64,000 bases of DNA from contig JACKFC010000001.1 of the NCBI GenBank assembly GCA_020632665.1, positions 205,893 to 269,892 of the forward strand. Direction: 5' to 3'. The notes beneath the pieces were generated by a model. The model saw only the letters and a program-made list of their open reading frames with translations. It was not told the DNA's origin and did not search any database. The translations under genes and the position numbers were made by a program. This document shows, piece by piece, positions 44,697 to 55,568 of this stretch (positions within the stretch are counted from its first letter, which is position 1; each line of letters opens with the position of its first letter). This DNA is from Deltaproteobacteria bacterium (GTDB lineage Bacteria > Myxococcota_A > UBA9042).

Positions 44697-44870
44697 GCCG
44701 CTGCTGCTGCCGCTGCCGCCGCTGCTGCTGCCGCGGCTGCCGCTGCTGCCGCTGCCGCTGCCGCAGCTGCCGCTGCTGCCGCTGCCGCTGCTGCCGCTGC
44801 TGCCGCTGCCGCTGCTGCCGCTGCCGCTGCCGCTGCCGCTGCCGCAGCTGCCGCAGCTGCCGCAGCTGCT
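44697..44870. repeat. Uninterrupted tract of 58 GCN triplets (GCT/GCC with 4 GCA and 1 GCG)
   Basis: Read directly. It gives poly-Ala in one frame on each strand, and Pro/Leu, Arg/Cys, Ser/Gly or Gln/Arg in the others. It lies in the 690-bp pilA-uvrC intergenic region. Confidence 0.9.
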
Positions 44871-45053
44871 GACCTGACGCCGCTTCCGACGCTGCTGGCG
44901 CCGCTGCTGACGCCGCTGCTGACGCCGCTTCCGACGCTGTGCTGTAGAGCCGCGAAGCGGCGAAGGGCAGTAGCCTGGGGTGACAAACCCCAGGAAAACG
45001 AGCGGATTTTTGAGAAGCCGCGAAGCGGCGACCGGAGCCGGGTGCCTGTGGGG

Positions 45054-46931
45054 TCAGGCTCTGCCGAGGGCTTCTTGGATTTGGGCGGCGAGCGCGGGGC
45101 CGATGCCTGGGACGGCGGCGATGGCTTCTGGGGTGGCCTTGCGGAGGGCGCGGACCGAGCCGAAGGTTTGGAGGAGGGCGGCTTTTCGGGCTTTGCCGAC
45201 TCCTGGGATGCCGTCGAGAGCGGAGGCGAGGGTTCGTTTGCCTCGGCGCTCGCGGTGGAAGGTGATGGCGAAGCGGTGGGCCTCGTCGCGGAGGTGGGTG
45301 AGGAGCAGGACCTCGTCGCTTTGTTGCGGGAGGATGAGGGGGTGCTGCTGGTTCGGTTTGTAGACGCGCTCGGGCGTGCGGCGGCTCGAGCCGGCGTCGT
45401 CGCTTTCTTGCGTGCGGGCCTTGGCGAGGCCGACGATGTCGACGTCGTGCACGCCCAGGTCGTGCAGGGCGGCGACTGCCATGCGGAGCTGGCCGGGGCC
45501 GCCGTCGACCACCACGAGGTCGGGGAGCTCGGTGCCGTCGCGTTGGGCCCGCTCGAAGCGGCGGACCAGGACCTGGTACATCGTCGCGAAATCGTCGGCG
45601 GCGCCGTCCATGCCGCGGATGCGGAAGCGCCGGTAGGAGGCCTTCTCGGGCTCGCCGTCGCGGAAGACGACCATGCCGGCGACCGGGTCGGTGCCCTGGA
45701 TATTGCTGTTGTCGAAGCACTCGATGCGGCGCGGTAGGCGCGAGAGCTCCAGCTTGCGGCGCAGGCCCTCGAGGGTGGCGAGGGCGCGATCGCTGCCGCG
45801 GAGCTGGTCGTCGAAGGCCTGGCGTGCATTCTCCTGCGCCATCTCGAGCAGGCGGACGCGGTCGCCGCGCTGCGGCTGCTGCAGCTGCGGCCGACGCCGT
45901 GGGCCGCCGCGCTCCTGCCGGAGGTCGTGCAGCCAGCTCTGCAGCGTCTCGTCGTCGTCGAGGGCGATCGGTAGGAGCAAGACGTCCGGAACCTGCGCGC
46001 CGCGGTCGTAGAAGCGCACGATGAGCTCGCTCAACGCCTCGTCGTCGGGGAATTCGGCGCCGCTCTGGGTGAAGGTCTCCGCGCCGATCAGGTGGCCTCG
46101 CTCGAGCCGCAGCACGGCGAACGCGACCCGGCCGCCCTCGCGGTGTAGGCCGAAGACGTCGATGTCGCGGTCCTCCTCGACGAAGGCGACGCGTTGGCGT
46201 TCCAAGCTCTTCTCGATCGCCTGCCATTGGTCGCGCAGGCGCGCCGCCTGCTCGAATTCCTCGGCCTCGGCCGCCGCCAGCATCTTCGCCCGCAAGCCGT
46301 CCGCCAGCTCGCCGCCGCGGCCGGAGAGGAAGAGCGCGGTCTGCTGCAGGCTCTCGTCGTAGCCAGCGCGATCGACGGGCAGCACGCACATGCCGGGGCA
46401 GCGGCCGATCTGGTACTCCAGGCATGGCCGGCTGCGGTTCTTGAAGACGGTGTCACGGCACGAACGCAAGCCGAAGAAGCCGTTGACGCGGCGCAGCGTC
46501 GCCCGGGCGGCGGACGCCGAGGCGTAGGGGCCGAAATAGCGGGCGCCGTCGTCCTTCGGCCGGCGCACCACCTCGAGCCGCGGCCAGGCGTGCTCGCTGC
46601 CCAGCCGCAGGTGGATGAAGTTCTTGTCGTCGCGCAGCTTGACGTTGAATTCGGGCTGGTGCCGCTTCACCAGCTCGTTCTCGACCAGCAGCGCTTCCTT
46701 GTCGGATTGCGTCAGCACCAACTCGATGCCGCCGAGCAGCTCGCGGAGCAGGTGGACGAAGAAGCGCTCGTCCTGTTGGTGCAGGTATTGCCGCAGCCGG
46801 GCGCGGAGGTTGCGCGCCTTGCCGATATAGATGATGCGCCCCTTGCGGTCGCGCATCAGGTAGACGCCGGGAGTCTCGGGCGCGCTGCGGACGCGCTCGG
46901 CGAAGTCGAAGGCCGGCGCGTCGGTCGCCAT
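45054..46931 (-). CDS. uvrC: Excinuclease ABC subunit C
   Basis: 625-aa ORF. GIY-YIG motif PGVYLMRDRKGRIIYIGKARNLRARLRQY, UVR domain, endonuclease V-like domain, and C-terminal (HhH)2 (IPGVGKARKAALLQTFGS...AAVPGIGPALAAQI). Confidence 0.96.
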   Translation of the reverse strand: MATDAPAFDFAERVRSAPETPGVYLMRDRKGRIIYIGKARNLRARLRQYLHQQDERFFVHLLRELLGGIELVLTQSDKEALLVENELVKRHQPEFNVKLRDDKNFIHLRLGSEHAWPRLEVVRRPKDDGARYFGPYASASAARATLRRVNGFFGLRSCRDTVFKNRSRPCLEYQIGRCPGMCVLPVDRAGYDESLQQTALFLSGRGGELADGLRAKMLAAAEAEEFEQAARLRDQWQAIEKSLERQRVAFVEEDRDIDVFGLHREGGRVAFAVLRLERGHLIGAETFTQSGAEFPDDEALSELIVRFYDRGAQVPDVLLLPIALDDDETLQSWLHDLRQERGGPRRRPQLQQPQRGDRVRLLEMAQENARQAFDDQLRGSDRALATLEGLRRKLELSRLPRRIECFDNSNIQGTDPVAGMVVFRDGEPEKASYRRFRIRGMDGAADDFATMYQVLVRRFERAQRDGTELPDLVVVDGGPGQLRMAVAALHDLGVHDVDIVGLAKARTQESDDAGSSRRTPERVYKPNQQHPLILPQQSDEVLLLTHLRDEAHRFAITFHRERRGKRTLASALDGIPGVGKARKAALLQTFGSVRALRKATPEAIAAVPGIGPALAAQIQEALGRA

Positions 46932-46945
46932 GGGCGCGCGGGCCG

Positions 46946-49087
46946 CTACTCGGCGGGCTTCTCGGCCGGCGCGGCCGGAGCCTCGGGAGCGGCCGGAGCC
47001 TCGGGCGCGGCCGGAGCCTCGGGCGCAGCCGGAGCCTCGGGGGCAGCCGGCGCCTCGGGAGCGGCCGGGACGGCGCCGCCCTTGCCCAGGTCGAGCTGGA
47101 TCGGCTGGCCACCGGAGGTGATCGAGATCGGGTTCGCCGGCTTGTTCGCCGCGGCGCGCTTCTCGGCGTCCGCCTGACGGGTGCGCTCGGCCTCGACGAC
47201 CTGCGACCAGGCGTCGGAGCGGTCGATTTCACCGGCGGCCTCGGCCTTCTGCATCATCTGCTTGACCACGGCGCGCCAGGTCTCGGCCCGCTTCATGCGG
47301 AGCAGCGTCTTGCGCAGGCTCTTCTTCGCGTCGCCGGCGGCCTTCTTCTCCTCGTCCGACTTCTCGGCGGGCGGCGCAAGGCGCGCGACGTAGCGGGTCT
47401 TGCCGTCCTCGCTGCCGAAGACCTCGCCGGCGACCGGCGACTCGGTGGTGAGCTTCCACGCGGCCTTGACCATCGCCGGGACCTTGCCGACGCCGGGGAC
47501 CTCGTCCTGCGCGCCCTCACGCGGCGGCAGGCCGAGCGCGGCCTGGAAGCCCTTGGTCAGCTGCGCCGACGGGGCCTCGCCGACCATGCCGGAGGTCATC
47601 GCGGTGAGCGGACCGTCTTCCTTGCCGCCGTGGGCCTTGTTCCAGCCCTTGACGGCCTCGGCGAGGGTCTTGTCCTTGCCGGCCTGCGCGGCCTCGAGCA
47701 CGCCCTTGGCGATCGCGTCGAGTTGCTCGGAAGCGCGCTCCTCGGCGAGCAGGCCCTTGGCGATCTCGGTCTGCGCCGTCTCGAGCGGCGTGGTGTTGGC
47801 CTCGTCCTTCTTCTCGACGGCGAGGACCCACCAACCGTGGGCGCCCTCGACCGGACCGATCAGCGCCCCGACGGCGGCACCCTCGACCGCGGCGGCGACC
47901 GCCGGGCCCATCGGCGAACGGCCGAGCGCGTCCTTCGACTTCGGATCGAGGAAGCGGCCACCGACCTCCTTGGTCAGATCGTGCTCGCTCTTCTCGCTGG
48001 CCTTGCCGCTGAAGTAGGTGAGCAGCGCTTTGTTGCGGGCCGCGACGTCCTCGATCGCGGTCGCCTTCTTGCTCTCGGAGCCGCCGTCACCGGTGGCGAC
48101 GTCGATCGCGACTTCGCCGCTCCAGGCCTTGTCGAGCTCGGCGCGGATGGCGTCCGCGGCGGTCTTCTTGCTCGCCCACTCGGCGTCGATCTCGGCCTTC
48201 TTGCTCTCATCGGCGCCCTCTTTCTGGGTCGCCTTGACCAGGATGCCGCGGACGGTCCATTTCGCCGGCTTGACGTATTTCTCGCCGGCGGCCTCGTAGG
48301 CGGCCTTGATCTTGTCGGCGTTCTTCGCGGCGTAGGCGGTGGCGTCCTCGTCGCTGACCTGCACGGCGTTCTTCGCCGCGCGGGCGTCGATCGCGACGAC
48401 CTCGAGGCGGGGGCGATCGTTCTCGGCAGCCTCGACGGCGGCCAGCTCGGCGTCGCTGACGGTGACGCCGGCGGTGGTCGCCATCATCAACTTGTCGCGC
48501 AAGATCTCGCGGGCCAGGAAGGCCTCGAGCGCGGCCTTGCTGGTGCCGAGCTGGTAGCGGACGAAGACGTCGTACTTCTTCGGGTCGAAGCGGCCCTGCT
48601 CGTCCTTGAAGCTGGTGCCGAAGACCTTCTCCAGGCGCGCGACGCGGGTCGAGATCTCCTCGTCGGAGAAGCCCAGGCCCATCTGCTCGGCGGCCTTGGC
48701 GGCGAGGACGGACTCGATGAGCTCGACCATCACCTTCTCTTTCTTCACCGCCGGGACTGCCCCGTCGAAGGGCGTCACGTCGGCGATCTCGGGCGAGACG
48801 CCGCTCCACAGCATGCGCGTGCCTTCGTAGCGCTGCTCGGCCTGCAGCTTCTCGAAGCCGCCCATGCCCGGATTCGGCGCATCGGCCGAGAAGATCGTCG
48901 CGAGCGCGAGATCCCGGCTGTCGATCGGCGTCCCGGCGACTTCGACCAGCACGTCGGTGGTCGGGGCGTTGGGATTGCCACCGACCGGACCCTGCGTGTT
49001 GAAGGTCAGGATGAACGCCAGGATGATGACGCCCAAGATGATGTAGATCGCGATGGATCGCGTCTGGTTACGAAAGATCTCCAACAT
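46946..49087 (-). CDS. PpiD/SurA-like periplasmic chaperone (membrane-anchored), with C-terminal PAAPEA repeat tail
   Basis: 713-aa ORF with N-terminal anchor MLEIFRNQTRSIAIYIILGVIILAFILTF and SurA-N-like region. A parvulin-like segment lies around WTVRGILVKATQKEG. The protein ends in (AAPEAP)x5. Confidence 0.7.
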   Translation of the reverse strand: MLEIFRNQTRSIAIYIILGVIILAFILTFNTQGPVGGNPNAPTTDVLVEVAGTPIDSRDLALATIFSADAPNPGMGGFEKLQAEQRYEGTRMLWSGVSPEIADVTPFDGAVPAVKKEKVMVELIESVLAAKAAEQMGLGFSDEEISTRVARLEKVFGTSFKDEQGRFDPKKYDVFVRYQLGTSKAALEAFLAREILRDKLMMATTAGVTVSDAELAAVEAAENDRPRLEVVAIDARAAKNAVQVSDEDATAYAAKNADKIKAAYEAAGEKYVKPAKWTVRGILVKATQKEGADESKKAEIDAEWASKKTAADAIRAELDKAWSGEVAIDVATGDGGSESKKATAIEDVAARNKALLTYFSGKASEKSEHDLTKEVGGRFLDPKSKDALGRSPMGPAVAAAVEGAAVGALIGPVEGAHGWWVLAVEKKDEANTTPLETAQTEIAKGLLAEERASEQLDAIAKGVLEAAQAGKDKTLAEAVKGWNKAHGGKEDGPLTAMTSGMVGEAPSAQLTKGFQAALGLPPREGAQDEVPGVGKVPAMVKAAWKLTTESPVAGEVFGSEDGKTRYVARLAPPAEKSDEEKKAAGDAKKSLRKTLLRMKRAETWRAVVKQMMQKAEAAGEIDRSDAWSQVVEAERTRQADAEKRAAANKPANPISITSGGQPIQLDLGKGGAVPAAPEAPAAPEAPAAPEAPAAPEAPAAPEAPAAPAEKPAE
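46971..47060. repeat. Five tandem 18-bp units GC(G/A)GCCGG(A/C)GCCTCGGGN, coding (PAAPEA)n in the PpiD-like gene
   Basis: Read directly. The units start at 46971, 46989, 47007, 47025 and 47043. Confidence 0.9.
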
Positions 49088-49192
49088 GCGTCGGCTCCGG
49101 TCGAACCGGCCAGGCGCAAGGGGGGCCCGGCCGCGGGACGGCGGACTCTAATCGCGCGTCGGGCAAGGGTCAACCGCGTGCGCAGCTTGGGT

Positions 49193-52147
49193 TCAGGGCG
49201 TGGTGGTGCAGGTGGTGTTGCCGTTGGCGTCGGTCTTGAGGAGGAGGATGTCTGACCCGCCCTTTGGCTGGACGCCGGAGGCGTTGTCGGTCGAGTCGCT
49301 TGTGCCCAGGACCCAGAAGCCGCCGGCCTTCGACTCGACCACGGCCGCAGCATAGTCGGATTTGCTTCCGCCGTAGAGGCGGTTCCAGCCGGTGGAGCCG
49401 AGCGTGCCGGTCGCGTCCACACGTCCGAGCCAAACATCAGAGCTCCCAAGTCCCGTGGCACCGCCGGGCAGCCCTGGCGAAGACGTGTGGCCCACGTACG
49501 TGACACTGCCGGTCGCTTGGACAAGAACGTCCGAAATGTAGGCGCCGCCAGTTCCACCGAGCACTTTTTCCCATTGGCTATTGCCGTACTCGTCCACCGA
49601 GATAAGGAGAGCGCTGCTTGGCTGCGACGTGGCGCCAGAGAGTCCCATGGTCTCGCCGGCCAAGACATATCCGCCGTCCGGCTTGGGGGCGATTGCACGA
49701 GCCGAGTCTATGCCGGCGCCGCCGAACTTGAAATTGCCGGTCAACTTGCCGCTGTCGTCGGTGAAGATCAGCACTGCATCATGAGCTGACGTAGCAAGGG
49801 ATGGACCACCGAGAGGCATCGCGCTCCACTTCGCTGTGCCAACTGCGGCGAAACCACCGGCTGGCCGTCGCGTCACGTCGACCAGGTGGGCGGATCCGGA
49901 CTTCACGCCGTATGTCCGCAGCCAGACGAGATTTCCAGAACCGTCTGTCCGCACGAGGGCCATATCCTGGGATCCGACCTTCGCAGCGCCACCGGGCAAC
50001 CCAGTCGCAGACTTCGTGGTGCCAACGAACACCATCCCGTCGGTCACGGCGATGGCACCATCGGCCTGCTCCAAGTCATCACCGCCAATGATCTTCAGGG
50101 TGGACAACGTACCGTCCGCATTCACTATCACGATCAGCCAATCGTAGTATTGGTTCTTCGCGGCGAGGCCTCCTGGCAGATCCTGGGACTTCGTGCTGCC
50201 TGCCAGCGCCAGTTGCCCAGAACTCAGCACGACGGCCGCACTACACGTCTCATGATCGGTCCCGCCGAATGTCTTGGACCACAGCAGCTTGCCCCCGGCG
50301 TCAAGACGCGCGACCCAACAATCGCCGGCCCCGTTGGTCTGTGCCCCTCCCGGCAGGTCGTAGGACTGGGTTGATGCGACCATGTAGACGCCTCCATCCG
50401 GCGCCGGCAACAACGCATGTGCGAGTTCCGACTGTGTCCCACCAAACATCTTCTGCCACCCACCGCTCGCGCCACCGGTGCAGACGCCGGCCTTGCAGGC
50501 ATCGCCGCTGCTGCAGGCATCCCCGTCGTCGCAGGCGGCACCGTCGGCGAGCGCGGTGTGGGTACAGCCCTTCACCTTCTCGCAAGCGTCCTGCGTGCAC
50601 GGCTGCTTGTCGTCGCAATCGACCGCATTGCCGCCCTTGCAGCTGCCGGCGTCACAGGCGTCGCCGCCAGTGCAGGCATTCCCGTCGTCGCAAGCGGCGG
50701 TATTCGGCGTGTGCGCGCAACCGCCCGGCTCGCCGCAAATGTCGTCGGTGCACGCGTCGCCGTCATCGCACTTCGCAGCCGCCAACGCGCAGCCGCCGAG
50801 GCCGGCGTCGCAGCTCGACGTCGTGCAGGCCTTGTCGCTCTTGCACAGCGTCTCGATCCACGCCTTGCCGTCCGTACCGCAGACCGAGAGCTTGGCGCCG
50901 TCGCACTTCGCTTCACCCGGCGTGCAGGTCTTCGGTGCCGTCGCGCAGGCCCCATCGATGCAGACCTCGCCGCCAGCGCAGGTCTTTTCCACCTCCCCGT
51001 CGGTGCCTTTGGCGTTGCAGAGCAGGATGACTGCCGCACCGCCGCCGGCCGCAGGAGCGCAATACGTCGTGCCGGGTTTGCAGCTCACGCAGGCGCCGCT
51101 GACACAATGAGGGGTCGCCTTCGGGCAGGGCGCGGATTGCCAGCCCTTGCCCTCGCTGGTGCAGGTCGCCAACTCGGTCTCGCTGCTACATTGGGTCGCG
51201 CCGGGCGCGCACTCGGCGACGACGCAGCTGCCGCCGACGCAGGACTGCGGCTTGCCGCCGGGAGAGAGCCCGGCGCAATCGACTTGCAGGGCTGCGCCGA
51301 GGCCGGCGGCGTCGCAGATCATCGACTTGCTGCCGTCGCAGAAGGCCTTGCTCGGCGTGCAGACCTGGGCTTTGCACACGCCGTCTGTGCAGGTGGTCTC
51401 GCTCGGGCAGCTCTGCTCGCTCCAGCCGGTGCGGACGTCCTTGCAGACCCGCAGCGTCCCGGCGTCCTTGCAGCTGCTGCTCCCCGCGGCGCAGGCGTCG
51501 CTGACGCAGATCGACTCGGCGCAATGCTCCCCGGCGATGCAGTCGTCGTCGCCGGCACAATCGACGCAGGTCCCGAGCTTCTTGTCGCAGACCTGATCCA
51601 ACCCGGCGCAATCCTTGCTCGAAGTGCAGCTCTGCCCGGGTTCGACGCATGTCCTGGCCTTGCACGTCTTGCCGGACGGACATTCGGCGTCGCCGAGGCA
51701 ATCGACGCAGAAGCCCGCGGCCTTGTCGCAGACCCGGTCACTCTCGATGCAGACCTTGTCCGAGGCGCAGGCCGTCCGCGGCTTGCAGGCGTGGTCGACG
51801 CAGCGCCAGGCCGTGGCGACGCCGTCTGGGGCGCAGTCCAACGCGACGTTGCAGGCGACGCAGGTGCCGCTGCTCGCATCGCAGACCTTGGCCGGCGCCT
51901 TGCAGTCGGCGTCGCTGCTGCAGGCCGTGGTGGCCGTGTCGGAGCCGGCGGCGATCCCGTCGCCGCCGCCGTTGCCTTGGCTGACGTCGATGCCGGCCAC
52001 GTCCGAGCCCGCGGCGCCGGTGGCGTCCGAAGTGTCGGCAGACGCGTTGGCACTACCTTCGCCTTCGCTGCCGCAGCCCGCCGCGCTGGTGCCGAGCAGG
52101 AGCGAGAGCGTGCAGAGGACGAGGGAACTTGGCGTTCTTGCGAGCAT
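49193..52147 (-). CDS. Cys-rich repeat lipoprotein 3 with C-terminal beta-propeller-like (SBBP-type) repeats
   Basis: ATG at 52147 gives MLARTPSSLVLCTLSLLLGTSAAGC|GSEG. The N-terminal ~560 aa are cysteine repeats, including CDDGDACTDDICGEPGGCAHTP and CDDGNACTGGDAC. The C-terminal ~420 aa repeat ...GG...D.......DGG.....T.S.DLPGG... about 7 times. Confidence 0.85.
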   Translation of the reverse strand: MLARTPSSLVLCTLSLLLGTSAAGCGSEGEGSANASADTSDATGAAGSDVAGIDVSQGNGGGDGIAAGSDTATTACSSDADCKAPAKVCDASSGTCVACNVALDCAPDGVATAWRCVDHACKPRTACASDKVCIESDRVCDKAAGFCVDCLGDAECPSGKTCKARTCVEPGQSCTSSKDCAGLDQVCDKKLGTCVDCAGDDDCIAGEHCAESICVSDACAAGSSSCKDAGTLRVCKDVRTGWSEQSCPSETTCTDGVCKAQVCTPSKAFCDGSKSMICDAAGLGAALQVDCAGLSPGGKPQSCVGGSCVVAECAPGATQCSSETELATCTSEGKGWQSAPCPKATPHCVSGACVSCKPGTTYCAPAAGGGAAVILLCNAKGTDGEVEKTCAGGEVCIDGACATAPKTCTPGEAKCDGAKLSVCGTDGKAWIETLCKSDKACTTSSCDAGLGGCALAAAKCDDGDACTDDICGEPGGCAHTPNTAACDDGNACTGGDACDAGSCKGGNAVDCDDKQPCTQDACEKVKGCTHTALADGAACDDGDACSSGDACKAGVCTGGASGGWQKMFGGTQSELAHALLPAPDGGVYMVASTQSYDLPGGAQTNGAGDCWVARLDAGGKLLWSKTFGGTDHETCSAAVVLSSGQLALAGSTKSQDLPGGLAAKNQYYDWLIVIVNADGTLSTLKIIGGDDLEQADGAIAVTDGMVFVGTTKSATGLPGGAAKVGSQDMALVRTDGSGNLVWLRTYGVKSGSAHLVDVTRRPAGGFAAVGTAKWSAMPLGGPSLATSAHDAVLIFTDDSGKLTGNFKFGGAGIDSARAIAPKPDGGYVLAGETMGLSGATSQPSSALLISVDEYGNSQWEKVLGGTGGAYISDVLVQATGSVTYVGHTSSPGLPGGATGLGSSDVWLGRVDATGTLGSTGWNRLYGGSKSDYAAAVVESKAGGFWVLGTSDSTDNASGVQPKGGSDILLLKTDANGNTTCTTTP

Positions 52148-52245
52148 GGCGGTGTCCGAGCGGAAGTGTGGGATATCGCGTGAGCGCCCCAACTCTATCG
52201 GATCGCTGGCCTTGCCGCCACTCCAAAGCGGTTTGGAGCGTGCCG

Positions 52246-53691
<1,446 letters not shown>

Positions 53692-53887
53692 CGGGGTCTC
53701 CTCGGTCAGGGTCGGTGCAGGGTCGGTGCAGCATCTGCACAGGCGTCACGTTCGTGGGGGAGCGCACAGCGGGGCTTGCCCCCCTGCCCTGCAACGCTGG
53801 CGCGCCGAGGTTATTTCCACCCGCCGACTCGCTTGCCGCTCGGAGTGCGTTGCAGCGAGCGCGGCTCTGGGTTTGACTCGGCGGGCG

Positions 53888-55531
53888 ATGCGGCTCTCCC
53901 TCTCGACCCGAATCTTCCTCGGCTTTGCCCTCATGGTCGTCTGTTTCGGCGCCGCCGCGCTCTATGGCGTCGCCGCGGTGACCAGCCTGCGGCACGAGCT
54001 GAACCTGCTGCGCAAGCGGGCGCTGCCGCTGCTCGGCACCCTGCGCGACAACGGTTTGGAGCTGCGCGGCTTCGACGAGGCCCTGGCCCGCGCCGCGCCG
54101 CACGATCTCGATTGGGTGGCGCGATTTGCGCCGAGCGCGCGGCCCTATGAGCGCTTGGATCGGATCTTGGCGCAGATCGGCCAGATGCAGGCGGTCGACC
54201 GGCCGCCGCGGCTGGCCCGCGCCCTGGTCCCCGCGCCCGAGCCGCTGCCCGCGATCGGCAGCACCTTGGTCGCGATCCGCACCTCGAAGGAGGCCGCGCG
54301 GCGCATCGGCGCCAACGCCGAGCTGCTCGCCATGCTCCCCGGCCAGGGCACGCCGACGCAGGACGACGAGGCCTTCCAACGCTTGATCGGCGGCCTCTCA
54401 CGCGCCGTCGCCGAGAAGCGCTACCGCGACGCCAGCCGCCTCGTGGTCGAATGCCGTCGGGTCGTGCGAAGGGTCCACACCGCGATCGGCCGCGCCGAGG
54501 CGCTCTTCGAGGCGACCTTGCAGGAACGCTTCGCCACCGCGGAGCGCTCCGAACAGCGCCTGGTGGTCGTGGTCGTGGTGAGCTCGGCGGCGGCGCTCGC
54601 CGTCAGCGTGCTGGTCCTGCTGACGATGCTGGCGACGCTGCGGCCGATGGGGCAGCTCGCCGAGGTGGTGCGCCGCTTCGCCGGTGGCGATCGCCACGCC
54701 CGGGCCGAGCTGCGCGGCGCGACCGAGATCCGCACCCTCGCCGAAGAGACCAACCGGATGGCGGACGCGCTGCTCGCCCGCGAACAGCAGATCTCGACCG
54801 CCCGCGAGGAGTTGGCCCGCTCCGAGCGGCTCGCCACCCTCGGCCAGCTCGCCGCCCGGATGGCCCACGAGGTCCGCAACCCACTGAGCAGCATCGGGCT
54901 CAACGCCGAGCTGCTGGGCGACGAGCTCGAGGCGGCCGGCGTCGCCACCGGCGAAGGCACCGAAGCACGCGAGCTGCTCGACGCGATCGGCGCCGAGGTC
55001 GAGCGGCTGCGTGAGGTCACCGAACGCTACCTGGAGCGCGCCCGGCCCTCGCCGCAAGGCAGCGCCCGGCTCGATTTGGGCGAGCTGGTCGGCCGCGTCG
55101 TCGACTTCGCCGCCGCCGAGCTGCAGCAGCGCGGCGCCAAGGTCCGGATCGACGCCGTCCCCGGCTGCGAGGCCCTCGCCGACGAGCACTCGCTGCGGCA
55201 GGCGCTGTGGAACCTGCTGCGCAACGCCTGGGAGGCGATGCCCGAAGGTGGTGACATCCGGGTCGAGGTGCTGCCCGAGCCAGAAAGCGGGCAGATCGTC
55301 GTGGCGATCGAAGACGACGGTGCCGGCATCGAAGAGGGCACCGCGGATCGCCTCTTCGAGCCCTTCTTCAGCACCAAGGAGCGCGGAACCGGCGTCGGCC
55401 TGGCCGTGGTCCGCGAGACGGTGCGAGCGCACGAGGGCAGCGTCCGGGTGGCGCGGCCGCGCAGCCTCTCCGGTGCGCGCTTCGAGCTTCGCTTGCCTGC
55501 GGCCGAGCGCGACGATGTGGGAGGCGACTGA
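53888..55531 (+). CDS. Membrane sensor histidine kinase (HAMP + HisKA + HATPase_c)
   Basis: In-frame ATG at 53888 (MRLSLSTRIFLGFALMVVCFGAAALYGV...). Second TM, then HAMP (LRPMGQLAEVVRRFAGGD...). H-box LAARMAHEVRNPLSSI. G-boxes DDGAGI and GTGVGLAVV. Confidence 0.9.
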   Translation: MRLSLSTRIFLGFALMVVCFGAAALYGVAAVTSLRHELNLLRKRALPLLGTLRDNGLELRGFDEALARAAPHDLDWVARFAPSARPYERLDRILAQIGQMQAVDRPPRLARALVPAPEPLPAIGSTLVAIRTSKEAARRIGANAELLAMLPGQGTPTQDDEAFQRLIGGLSRAVAEKRYRDASRLVVECRRVVRRVHTAIGRAEALFEATLQERFATAERSEQRLVVVVVVSSAAALAVSVLVLLTMLATLRPMGQLAEVVRRFAGGDRHARAELRGATEIRTLAEETNRMADALLAREQQISTAREELARSERLATLGQLAARMAHEVRNPLSSIGLNAELLGDELEAAGVATGEGTEARELLDAIGAEVERLREVTERYLERARPSPQGSARLDLGELVGRVVDFAAAELQQRGAKVRIDAVPGCEALADEHSLRQALWNLLRNAWEAMPEGGDIRVEVLPEPESGQIVVAIEDDGAGIEEGTADRLFEPFFSTKERGTGVGLAVVRETVRAHEGSVRVARPRSLSGARFELRLPAAERDDVGGD

Positions 55532-55568
55532 GCTTCGCGCTCGGTTCGAGATGCCCTTGACCCGCTTT

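Noticed and set aside
44387-45829. Poly-alanine ORFs across the triplet tract on both strands (44418..45737 plus, 44387..45829 and 44482..46425 minus)
   Set aside because: They exist only because a GCN tract has no stops. Their flanks are nonsense or antisense to uvrC, and they lack an RBS or plausible termini. The tract is treated as noncoding repeat DNA.
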